Notes under the pieces: generated by a model
Databases searched by the model: none
What the model was told of the DNA's origin: nothing
Seen by the model: the letters and a program-made list of their open reading frames with translations, nothing else
Position numbers and translations under genes: made by a program
IMG/VR virus record: IMGVR_UViG_3300011989_000257
Location: 224,001-288,000 of that record
Direction: 5' to 3' (one strand)
DNA length: 64,000 bases
Source: a virus
Lineage: Duplodnaviria > Caudoviricetes
In this document: piece by piece, positions 1-9,722 of the stretch
Layout of the letters: each line of letters starts with the position of its first letter
How positions within the stretch are numbered: position 1 is the stretch's first letter

Positions 1-21
1 TGAACAAAAAATTAACAATGT

Positions 22-657
22 TTAGTTGGCTGGAGTTTTCTTGACGAAACGTCCATTAGGCGCACGATTTACCGTCTTAGATGCGTTCTCATGAAACTTA
101 CGTAGCAACTTACTAGCAGCTTCATGTGCATGCGAATCCTCAGCCTTAACTTCCTTCTTAGGGGTTGCGGTACGATTAATCTTATACCCCTTTGGCTTTT
201 CCTCTTCAGTTGGCTCTGAGATTGCCTTTGGGATAACCACAGTCATCGTCTTTGTAATCGAATTATACTTTTCAGTTTTCTTCTCAACATCACAATTCTT
301 AGGAATCAAAACTGTTGTTTTATTGGAACGCTCAGTGTTCTCATCCTTAAAAGTGACCTCAACGATTAACTTGTCATCCTCAATTCTTGATTCGAACTTC
401 TCGCCGATGCTTTCGTCAAAGGGAACTGATACCTCAAAATCAGAGATAGTGTTCTTGACTTGTTTCATCAACTCATTAAAATCCCCAAGAAGAGAGTTGC
501 CCTTCTCAATGAGAGAATCCTTCATTTCATTAAGGGAATCAAACTGCTCATCCCAATCAATGGAGTTAATTGTCTCATTCATTCTGTCAACAAGGCTCAA
601 TGCAGCAGATGTGCCGTTATCAATGAGTCCTAACAATTTTTCTTTTAAATTTGCCAT
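22..657 (-). CDS. Hypothetical protein with HSP20/alpha-crystallin-like central domain
   Basis: Beta-rich segment (FEVSVPF...LIVEV...IPKNCDVEK...MTVVIPK) resembles an alpha-crystallin domain; C-terminal RAPNGRFV motif. Confidence 0.45.
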   Translation of the reverse strand: MANLKEKLLGLIDNGTSAALSLVDRMNETINSIDWDEQFDSLNEMKDSLIEKGNSLLGDFNELMKQVKNTISDFEVSVPFDESIGEKFESRIEDDKLIVEVTFKDENTERSNKTTVLIPKNCDVEKKTEKYNSITKTMTVVIPKAISEPTEEEKPKGYKINRTATPKKEVKAEDSHAHEAASKLLRKFHENASKTVNRAPNGRFVKKTPAN

Positions 658-690
658 GTTTTAATAATGTTTAAATAAATTTTTTAACAA

Positions 691-724
691 TGCAAAGATA
701 TAGATAAAAAACGAGAAAAACAAA
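691..724 (-). promoter_or_regulatory. Bacteroidota sigma-A type promoter (-33 TTTG, -7 TATCTTTG)
   Basis: TATCTTTGCA on minus strand with TTTG about 20 nt upstream; the same motif recurs before many units (e.g. near 5162, 7231, 15996, 17391, 22221, 30959, 32192, 37511, 43694, 43801, 45989, 47782, 51374, 51719, 54230, 63652). Confidence 0.8.
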
Positions 725-737
725 TTTTTAACAAATT

Positions 738-1295
738 TTAACTCTTCTGTTTTTCTAAGACATCTTTTATTCTGTTATAATAGCTGCTCAGTGTACCAGT
801 TCTTAATTTCTTGAAACATTCGATTATTGTTTCATAAACATCAGTTCCTTCACACCAAGTACTTGAAAGGCTGTTTCTAGTCGTAACAGCACACTCAACA
901 TGATAAAATATTTTATCTCCAACAAGCATAAGAGGTTTAATATCAACACGGTTTCCTTTTTTTCTCTTAAGTTGTATTAGTGTTTTAACACAATCATCAA
1001 ATTCCACCTCAATCTCTTTAAAATAGTCCCTTAATGGTTCTAAATCCCAAATTGAGCCGTTGCCATCTGTAATTGTCTTCCCATTATCAATTGACTGATA
1101 TATCCAATTAACATGAAAATAGCCTTCATTTCGTGTTAGACAATCATAATTATAATAGGAATCGATATTATAACTATACCTACTACCATAGCTTTTACCA
1201 TTACCAAATGCATATGTTAAAAACGCATTCTCATTATTGTTATTATCTACTAATTTTTCCCATTTTTTAATGCAAGCATAATATCTTACTTCCAT
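738..1295 (-). CDS. Hypothetical protein
   Basis: 185 aa ORF coupled to its upstream neighbour. Confidence 0.7.
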   Translation of the reverse strand: MEVRYYACIKKWEKLVDNNNNENAFLTYAFGNGKSYGSRYSYNIDSYYNYDCLTRNEGYFHVNWIYQSIDNGKTITDGNGSIWDLEPLRDYFKEIEVEFDDCVKTLIQLKRKKGNRVDIKPLMLVGDKIFYHVECAVTTRNSLSSTWCEGTDVYETIIECFKKLRTGTLSSYYNRIKDVLEKQKS

Positions 1296-2599
1296 GTGTA
1301 AATGTTTTTGTAATGTTTTTCAACTTTAGTCAAATTCGGTATTAATCTGTATTTCCACCAAGCAAAGATGGCAGCACACATTATCCCAAATAGTGAAGTG
1401 GTATTTTTTACGACCTTAAATTGATAATGTTTGAAATCATATATAAACGAATCGTCATACATGTCTTCATTGCTTATATCGTTGCCAATAAGCAATATTG
1501 ATACAAGTATATCAAAGAAAAGTATTATAATCAAAAGTGCAATGCTCTGTCCCTTTGTGAGTTCATTCTCAATATAATCGAAATCCTTAAATTCCTTTCT
1601 TTTCCACAAATGTAAATGATTTTCTAGCCATTGTGGATATTTACTTAAATCCATCCTTGGGTGCTCTCTGAAGTATCTCTTTGTAGCAACCTCTAACTCA
1701 GGCTTATCACACCATGAGAATGGATTACACCAATCTATAGTGCCCTTCTTGGTGTTGTAACCAAGACAAAGAACAAATTCATTTTTGTTTCCACCTTGCC
1801 AATAGGACTTCTGTTTCTCAGATATTTCCAATGGTTTATCTCTAAACACAAGCACATATATTCTAAACTGCTTTTTAGGGCCATAGACAGAGTTTATGTA
1901 TTTGTATTGTTTATGTACCTCTTTTCCAGCCTTGAAACCAAGTATAACTGCTTGGTCATTATCTTTAACGTCAGGGTATCTAAACAACCCCAATGAATCT
2001 GCATCATCATCGTCTATCTCCTCAAACTTGAAGATAGAATGAGACGCAAGAATCTTGTTTCTATATGTTTCTGACCATACCAAAGGTCTTATATGTTGTA
2101 CAGTCCCATCATAGAAATAATCTTGAGCATCACCATCAATCCTATAGTAGTTTCGATGCATGTCTCTGAATACCATCTTAGGGTATCCTAATTCTTTCAT
2201 TGCGGCATCGAAATACGACTTATTATAAAAATACTCTTCTCTATTGTAATTGTCAGTGTATGTCCAACACTCAGGATGATAATCCCTATATGAGCAATCA
2301 TATGTTTCTGTGCGATATATAGTGTGCCCTTTGCTATCCCTTCCACAAGGGACTTGTCTAGTACAAGTCTTATGTATCCATTCGTCCCATTCGTCATAAT
2401 GGGTAATTTTGGTAATGTAGCCACCAAGATATTCAGTATCATATTCAAGTGAAGCAATAAACACTGACTTAAGCAACAACGTAAACAAAATGGAGGTCGC
2501 TACCAAACAAATATATTCCCACCATACAATATACTTCTTAAAGAAAATCAGAAGGAATATTGATATGATAAAAGGTAATGAATAAATAATTATTTCCAT
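1286..2599 (-). CDS. Multi-pass membrane protein
   Basis: Two N-terminal and two C-terminal hydrophobic helices around a large soluble domain. Confidence 0.7.
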   Translation of the reverse strand: MEIIIYSLPFIISIFLLIFFKKYIVWWEYICLVATSILFTLLLKSVFIASLEYDTEYLGGYITKITHYDEWDEWIHKTCTRQVPCGRDSKGHTIYRTETYDCSYRDYHPECWTYTDNYNREEYFYNKSYFDAAMKELGYPKMVFRDMHRNYYRIDGDAQDYFYDGTVQHIRPLVWSETYRNKILASHSIFKFEEIDDDDADSLGLFRYPDVKDNDQAVILGFKAGKEVHKQYKYINSVYGPKKQFRIYVLVFRDKPLEISEKQKSYWQGGNKNEFVLCLGYNTKKGTIDWCNPFSWCDKPELEVATKRYFREHPRMDLSKYPQWLENHLHLWKRKEFKDFDYIENELTKGQSIALLIIILFFDILVSILLIGNDISNEDMYDDSFIYDFKHYQFKVVKNTTSLFGIMCAAIFAWWKYRLIPNLTKVEKHYKNIYTWK

Positions 2600-2601
2600 G
2601 T

Positions 2602-2973
2602 TTATCGATTTTCTAAAACCAATTTAACTGTCTTTTTTTCCTTGTCTAAAATTATTGCATCTGTATCATCACAAAAATCATCACTATCAACGTACTCGTT
2701 TGGATAAAATACTCTTAAAAAATTGGCAAATATTTGGTAAGAGCATACATGAGGTTTGAATCTAATTCCTTTTTGCTTTAAAAAATCAGTGAACTTAGTC
2801 TGTCCAAATACATCTACAATATGTTTCTTGTCAGCCCAATGGATTTTACTATCGTATTTGTCACGATTTTTGTGCATAGAGCTATCCAAATATTCCTTCC
2901 AATATGGTAATAGATTGGTCTCTTTTAGAAACCTTAAAACTATTCTTTTGTTGTGAATAATGTTATTGTTCAT
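2602..2973 (-). CDS. Hypothetical protein, paralog family A (RFLKE..L...DKEKK.VK)
   Basis: Motifs shared with 2970, 4170, 32526. Confidence 0.7.
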   Translation of the reverse strand: MNNNIIHNKRIVLRFLKETNLLPYWKEYLDSSMHKNRDKYDSKIHWADKKHIVDVFGQTKFTDFLKQKGIRFKPHVCSYQIFANFLRVFYPNEYVDSDDFCDDTDAIILDKEKKTVKLVLENR

Positions 2974-3335
2974 GTTGGTGCATAGGAAATTTTTTCATCT
3001 ATTTTGACCTTTTTCTTTTCTTTATCAATAGTTACTGGACCGCATACTCCTGATGGTTTTTTCAATGCTGCAAGATAATATTCCAATAATTCGTACATTA
3101 AAAATAAGCCAATTTTTGAATCTCGTTTGTGTTTGTGAACAAAATCAGTAAAATTAGTACCCCCCAATATGTCTGAATATTCAAAGATGTAATCTGATTT
3201 ATCAATCCAATTCTTAGCAGTGTCAGGGTTATATAAATATCTAATCCATAAATCATATAGCCCCACTTCCTTTAGGAAACGTGAGGCTATACGAAGTGCT
3301 TCTTTTTTATTTTTAGAAAAGTTTGACATTATCAT
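2970..3335 (-). CDS. Hypothetical protein, paralog family A
   Basis: RFLKEVGLY...GGTNFTDF...IDKEKKKVKI. Confidence 0.7.
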   Translation of the reverse strand: MIMSNFSKNKKEALRIASRFLKEVGLYDLWIRYLYNPDTAKNWIDKSDYIFEYSDILGGTNFTDFVHKHKRDSKIGLFLMYELLEYYLAALKKPSGVCGPVTIDKEKKKVKIDEKISYAPT

Positions 3336-3858
3336 CTACTCCAGTTTCCATTACTTGTTTACTCTGACTTGATGATATTACAGTATATTCAATCTCAGTC
3401 TGGTTGGTTATGAACCAACGTCCAGGATATGTCTTACACAATGTGCTATGCTGTCTCTTGATGTCAAGCATCCGCTCTTGCTCTTTCTTGAATAGAGTGC
3501 GCTGCACCTCGATAGCATCCATCACATCCTTATATAGACTTGTATCAAAGTTAGGATTGGCTTCCTTAATCCACTTCATCAAAGTACCATCACCTTGAGA
3601 GTAACGGCCAGCGATAATATGAGTATAAATTGAGTCAAACCCAGTACGATACTCTTGAGACACTTGCGCCTTTTGAGAGATAATTTTCCACATTGCATCG
3701 TGAACACCCTCTACCTTACCACGCTGTGCTTCAGCTTGCTCACGAAGAGCAACCTCTTGATTGTTGTAGTTGAAATAACTACCCACTGTTGTGATTACAC
3801 CCAAAGCTACGATGATAATCACCGCAATAACTGCAATTGTTTTTACTCCACTATTCAT
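3313..3858 (-). CDS. LemA-like membrane-anchored helical protein
   Basis: N-terminal TM, YFNYNN, coiled coil, C-terminal YPGRWF similar to LemA-type proteins. Confidence 0.5.
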   Translation of the reverse strand: MNSGVKTIAVIAVIIIVALGVITTVGSYFNYNNQEVALREQAEAQRGKVEGVHDAMWKIISQKAQVSQEYRTGFDSIYTHIIAGRYSQGDGTLMKWIKEANPNFDTSLYKDVMDAIEVQRTLFKKEQERMLDIKRQHSTLCKTYPGRWFITNQTEIEYTVISSSQSKQVMETGVDDNVKLF

Positions 3859-3873
3859 TTTTTTTTATTTTAT

Positions 3874-4173
3874 TTAATCTATAAATTCTATTGTTGTAGT
3901 CACACGAACTTTCTTAAGCTTACCGTTTCCGACTTGTTCAAGAAAACGTTTTTTATTAGCCTCATATGTAAGAGACTCAATGCCATGTTCATCAACATAT
4001 TTTTTCGATGTTTCATTGACTCTTCTCACATTTGACATTGGAACATTAACCGACCACTTTGATTCATTGAATGGTTCAATGTAACCTTCAATCGTACAAT
4101 GTCCATCTTGGTATTCTGTACCGAAGAATTTCCCATCTTTCTCAATGACATAGTATACTTGTTCAATCTTCAT
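3874..4173 (-). CDS. Hypothetical protein
   Basis: ORF in operon. Confidence 0.65.
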   Translation of the reverse strand: MKIEQVYYVIEKDGKFFGTEYQDGHCTIEGYIEPFNESKWSVNVPMSNVRRVNETSKKYVDEHGIESLTYEANKKRFLEQVGNGKLKKVRVTTTIEFID

Positions 4174-4544
4174 CTTTTTTTTATAAATTCTATTTTTATT
4201 GTTCTTTTTTCTTTGTCTATCGTTCGTAGTGCATCTTTATGCGGTTGAACACCAATATCATAATAATTTGGATAAAATACAAATAGCCAAGCTTTAAAAT
4301 AGTCGAAAAGATTGAACCTATTATTTTTTAGTTTGATGTCTTTGTGACCCTCAAGCCAAAATGTTATTTGAGTACCCCCAAAATTCCTAAGTGGACTCAT
4401 TTCCCAAGTTTTAAAACTATATGTACCACCCACATAGCACTTGTCGCACCAATGGCAATACTCTTTAAATTCTTTATAAAGTCCAATCTCTTTAAAAAAA
4501 CGAACAATTATTTTATACTCATCACATATATTTTCAGCACCCAT
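4170..4544 (-). CDS. Hypothetical protein, paralog family A
   Basis: RFFKEIGLY...IDKEKRTIKI. Confidence 0.7.
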   Translation of the reverse strand: MGAENICDEYKIIVRFFKEIGLYKEFKEYCHWCDKCYVGGTYSFKTWEMSPLRNFGGTQITFWLEGHKDIKLKNNRFNLFDYFKAWLFVFYPNYYDIGVQPHKDALRTIDKEKRTIKIEFIKKR

Positions 4545-4980
4545 AAGCCCTTACCTTTCTCCAAGTATATCTACCAAATGAATCTTGCAGATATAATTCT
4601 GGAAATACATACCCGTTTATGAAAAACGTGATTTTTGACCAACCATCATTCCTTGCAAATTTTATGGTGTTTCCATAATATGTATATGTCCATGTCTCAG
4701 TAAACCAATCTGGATTCCTAACAATAGCCATTACAATGTCACAACGTTTCCCATCTAAAAACTTGATTTCTTTCAGTTCCACATTGCCAACAATACAACC
4801 GTAGTCCATTTGCCAAGTCCCTAATAGTTTCTCAGCACAAAAATAATCTTGGTTGTAAGTAATTTTTGCTGTAGTGCCTCGATACTCCCTATATCCATAA
4901 TCATCCCATTCTGCATACGGACACTCACATGATGCAAAACTAATAATTAAGATAATTAATAAAACTATATATCTTCTCAT
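4534..4980 (-). CDS. Lipoprotein, lipocalin-like fold
   Basis: Lipobox (FASC) and LLGTW motif. Confidence 0.6.
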   Translation of the reverse strand: MRRYIVLLIILIISFASCECPYAEWDDYGYREYRGTTAKITYNQDYFCAEKLLGTWQMDYGCIVGNVELKEIKFLDGKRCDIVMAIVRNPDWFTETWTYTYYGNTIKFARNDGWSKITFFINGYVFPELYLQDSFGRYTWRKVRAYGC

Positions 4981-5141
4981 TATCTCACGAATTCAAAACG
5001 TCTATTAACATTGCCATTTGCATCCTTGCATGGCATAAGACCCATAGGGCAAATATCAGCCAATGCGCACTTTTTACATGTGTTTGTATTATCCTCCACA
5101 ATTGTCAATTTTCTACCAAATATTTCAATTACGTTGTCCAT
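4980..5141 (-). CDS. Small Cys-rich protein (53 aa, not in ORF track)
   Basis: MDNVIEIFGRKLTIVEDNTNTCKKCALADICPMGLMPCKD..., first gene after the promoter at 5162. Confidence 0.6.
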   Translation of the reverse strand: MDNVIEIFGRKLTIVEDNTNTCKKCALADICPMGLMPCKDANGNVNRRFEFVR

Positions 5142-5199
5142 ATGACTTTTTTTTAATTCGTTGCAAAGATACGAAAAAATATTGTAGTAACCAAATAAA

Positions 5200-5547
5200 T
5201 TAAGTTTTCTTAACTAATTTGTTGAGTACTGATATGTATTTATACCCCTCTTTTGCTATTTTTTTAATAAATTCAATTTTTTGTTTTTCTGTTGGCAAAT
5301 AAAATTTGAAACCATTTGCAAATCCCCAATTTCCAGGTATCTCGCCGCAATAAAAAACACCGTTCTTCAATCCATAAGAAGCGTATCGATAAATATGTAA
5401 GTCACTAGACCTATTATTTAAGTAATACCTTTCACGCTTAATACTTTCAACAAGAATTAACCATTCTTGTCTTACTTCAACCTCATATTCAGGTTTTGCG
5501 TATAATATAACACCTTTCAAACCCTCATGAACATTAACTTCTTCCAT
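5200..5547 (-). CDS. Hypothetical protein, paralog family B
   Basis: KGVILYAK...GYKYISVLNKLVKK, paralog of 6074. Confidence 0.7.
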   Translation of the reverse strand: MEEVNVHEGLKGVILYAKPEYEVEVRQEWLILVESIKRERYYLNNRSSDLHIYRYASYGLKNGVFYCGEIPGNWGFANGFKFYLPTEKQKIEFIKKIAKEGYKYISVLNKLVKKT

Positions 5548-6070
5548 GTAACAGTGTATTTGTAAGTAATTTGGTTATTCCATCTTTGCCATGCGCTTTC
5601 AAATAAGCTTTTTTAGCAAATTCGATTGCTTTCTTTGCTGCCATTTCAAAATTTTCTATTCCTCTTCCTTCATCGTTTTTAACGTTAAAGGGGTAATTTA
5701 TGTAGAATGAATAATCAAACCAATATCCATCCTCTTTTATATGTGGCATTATTGTAACATCGATGCTTAGTTTTATTTTGAGGGATTGTATCAGCATATC
5801 TATTCTTTTTCCTTTTTGACAGTCATCAACAATGGAAAATATCTTATTAAATTCTTCTATTCTGAAAAAATCATATATATCATTCTCGCCACGCACAAAA
5901 TAGCCAAAACCTAGGCTGCGCACATCGTCTTCAGTTAGAAAACTATTGGGAACATCACAGATGTAAATTGCGATATAATATTTCATTGCAGCATAATAAC
6001 CATCTGTTTTGGTACAGATAACTAGATTGTTACGACATGATTTAATTCTGCTAAAAATCCCCTTTATCAT
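5534..6070 (-). CDS. Hypothetical protein
   Basis: ORF in operon. Confidence 0.65.
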   Translation of the reverse strand: MIKGIFSRIKSCRNNLVICTKTDGYYAAMKYYIAIYICDVPNSFLTEDDVRSLGFGYFVRGENDIYDFFRIEEFNKIFSIVDDCQKGKRIDMLIQSLKIKLSIDVTIMPHIKEDGYWFDYSFYINYPFNVKNDEGRGIENFEMAAKKAIEFAKKAYLKAHGKDGITKLLTNTLLHGRS

Positions 6071-6073
6071 GGT

Positions 6074-6409
6074 TTATTTCTTTTTAATTAATTTATCAAG
6101 TATTGGAACGTATTTGTATCCTCTATGCTTTAGTTCATTAATGATAATTTGTTTCTGCTCATTTGTTGCCTCGTAAAATTCCCAATGTCCAGTGTCTCCC
6201 CACGGCTCAGGTTCATTCTCGTAGAAGTACCATTTATTACTTCCAGTATACTGATAGAAAACATACCCATATAATCTCAATTCATCGGGGGTATACTTTG
6301 AATCTGTAACATCACTTACCAATACAAGCCAATCGTTGTAGTCTATGCTATTGCTTTTTGCATAAACGATTATACCTTTTGTATGTTTATCGATATTAAT
6401 TTTCTTCAT
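6074..6409 (-). CDS. Hypothetical protein, paralog family B
   Basis: KGIIVYAK...GYKYVPILDKLIKKK. Confidence 0.7.
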   Translation of the reverse strand: MKKINIDKHTKGIIVYAKSNSIDYNDWLVLVSDVTDSKYTPDELRLYGYVFYQYTGSNKWYFYENEPEPWGDTGHWEFYEATNEQKQIIINELKHRGYKYVPILDKLIKKK

Positions 6410-6911
6410 GCTTTTCCTCTAATAAATCAATTCTAACCTCATCAAGAACTTTGCCTAGTAGGTTGTCTCCAAGCCAATTCTTTTCATTGTCAATCAATGG
6501 GTCATTTTCACTTAATCCGACACCCCATATAAGGTCCTTGGGACTTGCTTCGCAAAAGTGTTTCCCCTCTAATTCTGGGTTTAAAAGCATTTCCTTTAAG
6601 TCCTTATTTTGAGAATATTTATAATAATTGGCATCAACCATCACGTCATAGCGTAAATCATCCCAAATCTCATTGTCGTAGTTTCTAACTTCTCTGCCAA
6701 GAGCCTTTGCTGTCCTTGGATTGTGACCTCTCTTGAGTATTTTTTTCGCAGTTTCTTCATCGCCAAATGTTTTAGCTTTTTTCCACATAAAATATTGTTC
6801 TGAACTAGAGAAACCAAGTTCTTCACCGTTTTCTTTGACAACAAAGTGGCAAGGATACCAATTTGAGGGCCAATCACCCCAAAAGAAAATATATTTATCT
6901 GTTATTCTCAT
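6396..6911 (-). CDS. NADAR (YbiA/DUF1768) family protein
   Basis: SNWYP, SSEQYFMWKKA, AKALGREV, EASPKDLIWGVG, GDNLLGKVL motifs. Confidence 0.92.
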   Translation of the reverse strand: MRITDKYIFFWGDWPSNWYPCHFVVKENGEELGFSSSEQYFMWKKAKTFGDEETAKKILKRGHNPRTAKALGREVRNYDNEIWDDLRYDVMVDANYYKYSQNKDLKEMLLNPELEGKHFCEASPKDLIWGVGLSENDPLIDNEKNWLGDNLLGKVLDEVRIDLLEEKHEEN

Positions 6912-7228
6912 TTTTTAATCAATCTATTTAGTTTTCTATTATAATAATAACTCCCACCAAGCATTTCAATAGCCTTTTTCACCTCTTTTAAATCATTTTG
7001 CGTTAGTTCTCCGAATTTATCAAAGTCTGTTTGTAGCCCAGCAATAACACCTAATTCTATCGCTCCATCAAAGCAAACTGTAAAATGTGTTTGGAAATTG
7101 AAAGTTTCGCCACTACGTTCCTCCATTGGACATACAATAAGGTAATTCCTAGGATAGCGTCCAACTACTGATGGATGTGAAGATACTAACTTATATATCT
7201 TATCTTTTTCTAATCTCATATACTTCAT
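6908..7228 (-). CDS. Hypothetical protein (family B-like C-terminus)
   Basis: GSYYYNRKLNRLIKK. Confidence 0.65.
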   Translation of the reverse strand: MKYMRLEKDKIYKLVSSHPSVVGRYPRNYLIVCPMEERSGETFNFQTHFTVCFDGAIELGVIAGLQTDFDKFGELTQNDLKEVKKAIEMLGGSYYYNRKLNRLIKK

Positions 7229-7446
7229 AGTGCAAAGATATAAAAAAAGCGTGAGATAAACAAATATTATTTTTTAAATAATGTTAATACTTTTTATTTT
7301 GGGAACGATATACTTGTTGACACAAAATAACGTTCTTACATAAATATACAAAAGATGAGGAATTGTTTCAATACAGTTCCTCATTTTTATTTCACATCAG
7401 ATATTTATTACTATAAGAATAATAATACAAAATAAATATCAAAATT

Positions 7447-8460
7447 ATGAGCGTATATTTAAAACAATTCAGTACTCACTCTGAGTACGAACAGTACATC
7501 AACGGTAGTGGTGCAATTCTGCCTAATGTATCAATCTGCACAACTGAAGGTGATGTACATTATAATCCTTGGGTTGCACCTGAAACAAGAGTGGTAGCAA
7601 AATTCAATGTAACCGACACAAGTAAAATAATCTCAATTGCATATATGAAAAATGTTTTCAGCGCCATTGAGATTGACGGTGTTGAGCAGCCAAGCGTAAC
7701 TACTGGTTATATCTTTTCTACAACAGGAGAGCATACTGTTAAATATACATTAACAGACCCAACAAGTATTGGTAATGGTGCTTTCCAAGATTGTGGTGAT
7801 ATGACAACTTGTACGATACCTAATAGTGTTACAAGCATTGGCCAGAATGTTTTTAATAAATGTAGTGGTATGACATCTTGTACTATAGGTAGTGGTGTTA
7901 CAAGCATTGGTGGTCATACTTTTGAAAATTGTTATGGTCTTACAAGTATAGTTATACCAGATAATGTTACAACTATTGGTAGTTATGCTTTCCAAGATTG
8001 TAGCGGTATGACATCTTGTACTATAGGTAGTGGTGTTACAAGTATAAATGAAAGTACTTTCGGATATTGTAGAAGCCTTACAAGCATAACTATACCTAAT
8101 AGTGTTACAAGTATTGGCGGGTTGGCTTTCAGTTATTGTAGAGGCCTTACAAGCATAACTATACCTAATAGTGTTACAAGTATTGGTAATACTGCTTTCG
8201 CTAATTGTTATGGTCTTACAAGTATAGTTATACCAGATAGTGTTACAAGTATAGGTTGGAGTGCTTTCGATGGCTGTAGTGGACTTACAAGTATAACATC
8301 TAATGTAGTAACAGCCCCTACAATACAAAGTACTACGTTCAGAGGCGTTAAGACAGGTGGTACGTTAACAGTGCCAAGTGGTAGTAGTGGCTATGACACT
8401 TGGATGCAGAATGCTAACTACTACTTAGGATTGTATGGATGGACAAAGGTGGAACAGTAA
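7447..8460 (+). CDS. BspA-type leucine-rich repeat (LRR_5) protein, IS passenger
   Basis: Tandem 23-aa repeats CxGLTSIxIPNSVTSIGxxAF; the only convincing + strand gene in the window. Confidence 0.92.
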   Translation: MSVYLKQFSTHSEYEQYINGSGAILPNVSICTTEGDVHYNPWVAPETRVVAKFNVTDTSKIISIAYMKNVFSAIEIDGVEQPSVTTGYIFSTTGEHTVKYTLTDPTSIGNGAFQDCGDMTTCTIPNSVTSIGQNVFNKCSGMTSCTIGSGVTSIGGHTFENCYGLTSIVIPDNVTTIGSYAFQDCSGMTSCTIGSGVTSINESTFGYCRSLTSITIPNSVTSIGGLAFSYCRGLTSITIPNSVTSIGNTAFANCYGLTSIVIPDSVTSIGWSAFDGCSGLTSITSNVVTAPTIQSTTFRGVKTGGTLTVPSGSSGYDTWMQNANYYLGLYGWTKVEQ

Positions 8461-8507
8461 TAATAGTAGATAACAAAGGGATAGTTCAAATAAGGACTAT
8501 CCTTTTC

Positions 8508-9530
8508 TTATGCCACGTTATTACGTGTGTACCACTCATAGTACACCTTGCTATGGAACTTCCTATACTCAATATCTACAACTGTAGATAGACTGAGTAC
8601 ATCGTTATAGTCAAAGTGCTTTACAGCCTTCTTAAACATATCGTGGAAACGATAGGAACTCTTCTCTTCCCTTGTGTTCCAACGATACATCTGCTCGTCA
8701 ATATAACGAGACAAGTAATCCTTGCTTACCATATGGTAGGTAGAAAACACAACACGCTTGAAGTGTGCCCAAAAGCCCTCAATACCATTGGTGTGAATGT
8801 CACTGCTCCTTACAAACTCACGCTTGCCGTGATTAACGAATAAGTGGTCATAACCCTTCTTCGAAAGGTTATTGTAGATTGATGCCTCGTCGGTGTAGGT
8901 AACAGTACCTTCCTTCACAAACTGCTCCACGATGGGCATAAGGGTTGCACCCTTGGTATCTTCCACCTTCATTGCAATAACCTTGCCATCACGCTGCAAC
9001 ATACCGAAGATAGGAGTCTTCGTCTTGGTACTACGACCTTGTGTACCCTCAGTACGCTTGTCGTTGTGCTTGTTGGTCTCACGACCACCGAGGTACATTT
9101 CATCCATTTCGACCTCACCATCAAGTTCAATCTCGTCAGTGATGCCATAGAGTCCACGAACCTTATGGAGAATGAACCAGGCGGTCTTCTGAGTAACTGC
9201 AAGGTCTCTTGCAAGTTGGTGTGAAGACACACCCTTCTTCGTAGAAGAAACAAGGTACATTGCCATAAACCACTTGCGAAGAGACAACTTGGTGTTCTCA
9301 AAGATAGTGCCAACGGTGACGTTGAACTTTCTCTTGCAGTTAGGACAAGAGTAGCGACCATCAGTGCAAGAGTAGGTGTGGGTGCAACCACAGTAAGGGC
9401 ATACAGCCTCGCCATCACCCCAACGCTGTTGGGCGATAGCAGCCTTGCACTTTGCCTCAGAGTCAAAGTAGTCAACGAGAGCAATGAGTGAGTTGAACTG
9501 TGCGAAATTGATGTGAAGTGTCTGTTCCAT
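8508..9530 (-). CDS. IS1595-family DDE transposase
   Basis: N-terminal Zn ribbon CPYC/CPNC, TVGTIFE, VEMDEMYLGG, YTDE, HTNGIEGFW. Confidence 0.95.
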   Translation of the reverse strand: MEQTLHINFAQFNSLIALVDYFDSEAKCKAAIAQQRWGDGEAVCPYCGCTHTYSCTDGRYSCPNCKRKFNVTVGTIFENTKLSLRKWFMAMYLVSSTKKGVSSHQLARDLAVTQKTAWFILHKVRGLYGITDEIELDGEVEMDEMYLGGRETNKHNDKRTEGTQGRSTKTKTPIFGMLQRDGKVIAMKVEDTKGATLMPIVEQFVKEGTVTYTDEASIYNNLSKKGYDHLFVNHGKREFVRSSDIHTNGIEGFWAHFKRVVFSTYHMVSKDYLSRYIDEQMYRWNTREEKSSYRFHDMFKKAVKHFDYNDVLSLSTVVDIEYRKFHSKVYYEWYTRNNVA

Positions 9531-9722
9531 ATGTCCTTTTTTGCTTAAAATCTAATACAAATATAGGATTTTTCAACTATCGGAACAGTCTTCTCATACA
9601 TATAAATGGACAAAATTTAGTATTTCATTTTACTTTGTAAAATGAGTGTTTTAGTTAATACACCAAAAACTAATACAAAAAAATCTGCAAGATTTCTGAA
9701 TGTCTTGCAGATTAATGTATAT

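Noticed and set aside
7740-8300. 69-bp tandem repeats resembling a CRISPR array or DGR template
   Set aside because: They are in-frame LRR coding repeats; there are no unique spacers and no cas or RT gene in the window
7750-8328. 192 aa repetitive minus-strand ORF
   Set aside because: Antisense shadow of the BspA LRR repeats
9645-9664. Possible inner IS end upstream of the transposase
   Set aside because: No matching inverted copy found; the outer TIR plus TSD already explains the element
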